Assembly (NCBI RefSeq): GCF_963676685.1
Contig: NC_092344.1
Coordinates: 66,464,001-66,528,000 of the forward strand
Origin: Mytilus edulis
Taxonomy: Eukaryota
Direction of reading: 5' to 3'
Length of the DNA: 64,000 nt
Shown here: positions 62,001 to 64,000 of the stretch, in pieces
Layout: each line of letters starts with the position of its first letter
Position numbering within the stretch: the stretch's first letter is position 1
Translations under genes and position numbers: made by a program
Notes under the pieces: generated by a model
What the model saw: the letters and a program-made list of their open reading frames with translations, nothing else
The model's database searches: none
What the model was told of the DNA's origin: nothing

Positions 62001-63434
62001 CCAAGTATATATTTTCATTTTTTACTGTTTTAGTCCACATGATGCATACATACATGGTATATTAGATTAATTTGTGTTATTAATTTTTTCAATTTTTTAC
62101 AGTGAAGATGTATAAATGTGAGATGATGGGGAACAATTGTGGATCGTGTTTGATCATCCCCACAGATTACAATTGTGGCTGGTGTGATTCTAGATGTAGT
62201 ATTCAGGGCGATTGTAGAGACTCCATCTGGTTACATAGTTCTTCTACATGTCCTAACCCTAAGATCATTAGCGTAAGTATAGTGGATTTTATTATAGTAT
62301 TGAGAGTGTCATCTTCAAGGACTGGAGAGATTTCAAGATGGGAAATCAAGGGAGATTTATAAATGAAAGTAAATTTCTATTCAAAACTTGTTAGCACCAG
62401 ATCACTGCTTTTTGACTGGCAGTTGATTTCAAAATATTCCATTTTTGTTAAAGTACCTGATTGAAAAACTAAAAAAAGTATTATCATAGTCAAAAGAATA
62501 ACCAACTGTCATAATAATGGAAAACAACAATTTTGGTATAAACAAAATTTTGGTATAAACATAATGTTGGTATAAACAAAATTTTGGTATAAACAAAATT
62601 TAAGACATACTCAGATTACAGTTTTACAGAAAATTTTAAAATTTCATTTGACATATAAAATATCTTAGTTTATTTGCTCAAAAATTATATTCATAATAGT
62701 GGTATTTCGTGGTAGTTCAACGGATCCTTCTCTTTTCTATAGATAAATCCAGTATCAGGACCAAAGAATGGTGGAACAGAATTGACAATCATAGGAGAAA
62801 ATTTAGGCAGAACATATGCAGATATTGTCAGTTATGTTGATGTTGCTGGAATTTCTTGTTCACCACTCAGAGATAAATATCAGCCACCTAGCAGGTTAGT
62901 AGAATTTAGACCCCCCAAAAAATGATATTAATGTTCAAATGCAAGTTGAATGTATTGTGCATGGATTTTTCTTCATTTTGTAAAACTTTTTATTGCAATA
63001 ATAGTTATAAAGATCAAATTTGACCCATATATAGATAAAGAGTCTGTTTATGATAATACGGTTTAACTAAATCACTTGCTATTGGGATAGTACGTTTTAT
63101 TGGAGTTTGTTGAAACTAAATATCAGAAGGCGTATTTTACCGATGATTTATTATGAACTTTAGAATATCAAGACATCTCTGCAAAAAACAACTCTTGGTC
63201 CAGAATGTTTCCATTTTAACAGACATATTGAAGCTAGAATTTCAAAATTCAGGTACATAATCCATTAAAAAAACAAAAAGCACCATTATAATTGCAATCT
63301 TATCTGACATTTATAATTTTAGAATTGTTTGTGAGACTGGTGAATATTTTGAGGCATTCCAACAAAGAGGACCCGTCCGAGTCACAGTCAATGGACAATA
63401 TCTAGCAGAATCCAAACAGATATTCTCTTATGTG
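34783..63434 (+). CDS. Plexin (Plexin-B-like), partial multi-exon gene: 11 exons encoding PSI-1 to first IPT; Sema domain lies upstream and the rest downstream of the window
   Basis: Exons 34783-34883, 39424-39562, 41230-41398, 51884-51980, 59072-59189, 60588-60716, 61139-61252, 61617-61719, 62103-62272, 62743-62894 and 63323-63434 all have AG/GT boundaries and compatible phases, totalling 1404 nt (468 codons) with no stop. Three Cys-rich PSI repeats followed by an IPT domain is plexin architecture. The DPFCGWCSLE.KCSVR..C...RWL pattern resembles recalled protostome PlexB more than PlexA. Confidence 0.93.
35215..35330 (+). repeat. 33-bp tandem repeat, ~3.5 units
   Basis: aatattgcagataaaagatttatttttaataac repeated. 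Confidence 0.85.
36136..36318. mobile_element. ~183-bp MITE
   Basis: 18-bp TIR aattcgctgtttcagaat / attctgaaaaggcgaatt (2 mismatches); a related fragment lies at ~7829-7915. Confidence 0.7.
37979..38226. mobile_element. Diverged ~250-bp inverted-repeat MITE
   Basis: ttacagctaattt...gcatgtaaagcaa...gcttgcttt versus aaagcaagc...ttgctctacatgc...aaattagctgtaa. Confidence 0.7.
38985..39273 (+). mobile_element. HINE/DINE-1-like (Helentron-associated) non-autonomous element
   Basis: T-run, then subTIR atgccccatt with an adjacent inverted copy, a (cgtc/cgtt)-type microsatellite, 3' subTIR aatggggcat, terminal stem-loop gtgt-actatgg-acac and cttgttt end. Confidence 0.75.
39424..39562 (+). CDS. Plexin exon: end of PSI-1 (KCSVREQCESNESELRWLGYKGATCTNITSVYPDKLQKNNKVSRTTS)
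   Basis: tttttAG acceptor, GTATGT donor at 39563; continues the frame from the previous exon. Confidence 0.92.
41230..41398 (+). CDS. Plexin exon: TIG-like domain (LTLNISNLPTYKPLNVVCQFSG...TCETPLPNQLPSFPVGA)
   Basis: ttttcAG acceptor, GTAAGT donor at 41399; lies within ORF 41197-41412; C.F and C.TP motifs. Confidence 0.93.
43030..43197. mobile_element. 168-bp MITE with CA..TG ends and a 5-bp TSD
   Basis: cagtggcggatccag ... ctgaatccacctatg; ATGTG at 43025-29 and 43198-202. Confidence 0.75.
44810..45020 (-). mobile_element. Interspersed repeat family D copy with a variant twister motif (44928-45018)
   Basis: Related copies at ~59505-59690 (-) and ~9330-9450 (+). Minus strand reads GAGGG...UAAuccACcauuuuc...gaaaaugccugUACCAAGUcaggA. 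Confidence 0.75.
45745..46400 (+). repeat. Old tandem repeat with core atatgattaatttttgacaaagtgaca
   Basis: Core recurs at ~45861, 46081, 46217 and 46346. Confidence 0.65.
46960..50430. mobile_element. Possible GGCCA-terminated DNA transposon ends (Zator/Harbinger-like); uncertain whether they form one element
   Basis: tataaggcca at 46956-46964 region and tggccttata at 50426-50435 are inverted; both ends carry an aaaatc(a/g)ggg.cgg.agg motif; the interior is heterogeneous. Confidence 0.4.
49000..49710 (+). repeat. Diverged tandem duplication, period ~380 bp
   Basis: ttgacaat...acatttcag...gtgaaaacttaaaca...ttgtaacctataggagg begins at ~49001 and again at ~49380. Confidence 0.85.
49921..50606 (+). 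repeat. ~173-bp direct repeat (49921-50093 and 50433-50606)
   Basis: Near-identical copies atatggaaaaat...atatttgtaccag bracketing 339 bp. Confidence 0.92.
51884..51980 (+). CDS. Plexin exon (DHIIMKLSVVIDKRLFVSTNFTFFDCEVHSDDA)
   Basis: ctttccatttcAG acceptor, GTAAGT donor at 51981; NFTFFDC motif preceding PSI-2; phases 1 in and 2 out fit both neighbours. Confidence 0.92.
52652..52880 (+). mobile_element. Degenerate 5' part of a second HINE-like family
   Basis: tttttagctcac...gtgag hairpin followed by a (tgtc)n microsatellite. Confidence 0.5.
55130..55450 (+). repeat. Diverged short tandem repeat (attgtcaca...gatgcatcaagtttt)
   Basis: attgtcaca recurs at 55132, 55232 and 55301. Confidence 0.6.
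56828..57445 (+). mobile_element. Interspersed repeat family B, ~620 bp non-coding element carrying the twister motif
   Basis: Its 3' ~290 bp closely match 18890-19180 in the opposite orientation; a degenerate fragment lies at ~25287-25390. No ORF and no clear TSD. Confidence 0.8.
57121..57211 (+). ncRNA. Candidate type-P5 twister self-cleaving ribozyme; predicted cleavage between U57164 and A57165
   Basis: P5 57121-30/57202-11; P2 GGGG 57134-37/CCCC 57167-70; G-A-GGG 57138-42; U^AA 57164-66; T2 GC 57171-72/GT 57195-96; P3 cgca/tgcg; P4 cctg/cagg enclosing UCCCAAGU; A after P4. Matches the recalled twister consensus element by element, except for an atypical P1. Confidence 0.8.
59072..59189 (+). 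CDS. Plexin exon: PSI-2 (CYKCSLSKFNCTWCIKNHMCTYYPLQDCSETDEFVAASN)
   Basis: tctctcttcAG acceptor, GTAAGT donor at 59190; C..C....C.WC...H.C motif. Confidence 0.94.
59505..59690 (-). mobile_element. Family D copy, more degenerate
   Basis: Aligns by eye to 44815-45012. Confidence 0.7.
59841..59886 (-). ncRNA. Minimal type-I hammerhead ribozyme motif, core intact and helices degenerate
   Basis: Minus strand: gagcctca-CUGAUGA-gucu-uaugu-agau-GAAA-ugcuca-UC-uggcau. It lies in repeat family C (59808-60376). Confidence 0.65.
59937..60338. mobile_element. 402-bp MITE, Kolobok-like
   Basis: Perfect 17-bp TIR ggatgtacttaggtgag, with TTAA on both sides (59933-36, 60339-42). GG termini favour Kolobok over piggyBac. 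Confidence 0.85.
60588..60716 (+). CDS. Plexin exon (SGGFLHKHTVGPEKCPRISKGHPEILVPSGNYKKVVLFAHNLR)
   Basis: tttttacAG acceptor, GTAGGT donor; GP..CPRI...EILVP motif. Confidence 0.92.
61139..61252 (+). CDS. Plexin exon (AFQYPIYCYFSIGSGRTVTARLISHTESEKIVECENTE)
   Basis: tttttcAG acceptor, GTATGG donor at 61253; phase 0 at both ends. Confidence 0.88.
61617..61719 (+). CDS. Plexin exon (FSYIENTQTWNVPFKITWGSKDLNKPFDNPADVQ)
   Basis: tactttcAG acceptor, GTAAGT donor at 61720; W......DNP motif. Confidence 0.92.
62103..62272 (+). CDS. Plexin exon: PSI-3 (VKMYKCEMMGNNCGSCLIIPTDYNCGWCDSRCSIQGDC...WL...TCPNPKIIS)
   Basis: ttttttacAG acceptor, GTAAGT donor at 62273; YKC...CG.CL....Y.CGWC and CPNP motifs. 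Confidence 0.96.
62529..62601 (+). repeat. 18-bp tandem repeat, 4 units
   Basis: aattttggtataaacaaa repeated. Confidence 0.85.
62743..62894 (+). CDS. Plexin exon: IPT domain (INPVSGPKNGGTELTIIGENLGRTYADIVSYVDVAGISCSP...)
   Basis: tcttttctatAG acceptor, GTTAGT donor; P.SGP..GGT.LTI.G.NLG IPT signature. Confidence 0.96.
63323..63434 (+). CDS. Plexin exon: end of first IPT (RIVCETGEYFEAFQQRGPVRVTVNGQYLAESKQIFSYV)
   Basis: aattttAG acceptor, GTATGT donor at 63435; IVC.T and F.YV motifs. Confidence 0.94.
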
Positions 63435-64000
63435 GTATGTGTAAAATCAGCTTGAATAATGAATAAGCCAGAATGATCTCTCTTTGGAAATGACCTATAA
63501 TGTTGAGACTGATTATAGCTAAAAACTATAATAATGGGGAAAGGATGTTGCAATTAAAGTCACATATTTTTAATTAATTCATTTTCATGGGTACCATATT
63601 TTGTGGATTAAGGAACAACTGATTTCGTGGATATTTGATTTTATGATTTTGCAAAAGTTTGCTTACAAACCTCTTGTTGAACATTTTGATTTGCCTCTTA
63701 TTCATACCCAAAAAAAACCACTAAAAATTTAGTAGGTATCTTATGATTGAAATGAGTTAACAGTATAGCTGTATAAGATACAAAATTAGAAGCATTATAG
63801 TGGCATACAGATTATGTGAGATGATCTTTGCACATAACAAGTTTTTAACCCTGGGTGTTACCTTTATTCAAGCTAATCTGGCCAAAACCTGTCAATCTAT
63901 CTATGTTAACCTTTTAGAAGTAATTTACTATTATTGTTATGTATTATGTCATGTTTCATTACAGCAGATTCCATTGAATGTGTAGCTAAAGGTAATATCT

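Overview
AT-rich animal genomic DNA; the repeat families look bivalve-like, probably Mytilus (inferred from memory, not searched). The only host gene is a + strand plexin, most like protostome Plexin-B. Eleven GT-AG exons between 34783 and 63434 splice in frame to 468 codons covering PSI-1, TIG-like, PSI-2, TIG-like, PSI-3 and the first IPT domain. No upstream exon was found, so 1-34782 appears to be part of one very large intron. The introns are full of mobile DNA: a 7.2-kb IS3EU-like DNA transposon (15859-23087, ~710-bp TIRs built from a 21-bp minisatellite, 6-bp TSD, decayed transposase, nested SINE/LINE cargo), several MITEs, tRNA-derived SINEs, HINE-like elements and minisatellites. The main observation is that three otherwise different interspersed repeat families share a circularly permuted (type-P5) twister-ribozyme-like core with visible covariation. 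One copy with an apparently intact core (57121-57211) lies sense to the plexin pre-mRNA, and its P1 stem is replaced by two palindromes. Other repeats carry minimal type-I hammerhead motifs. All RNA structures were folded by eye and need covariance-model and cleavage tests.
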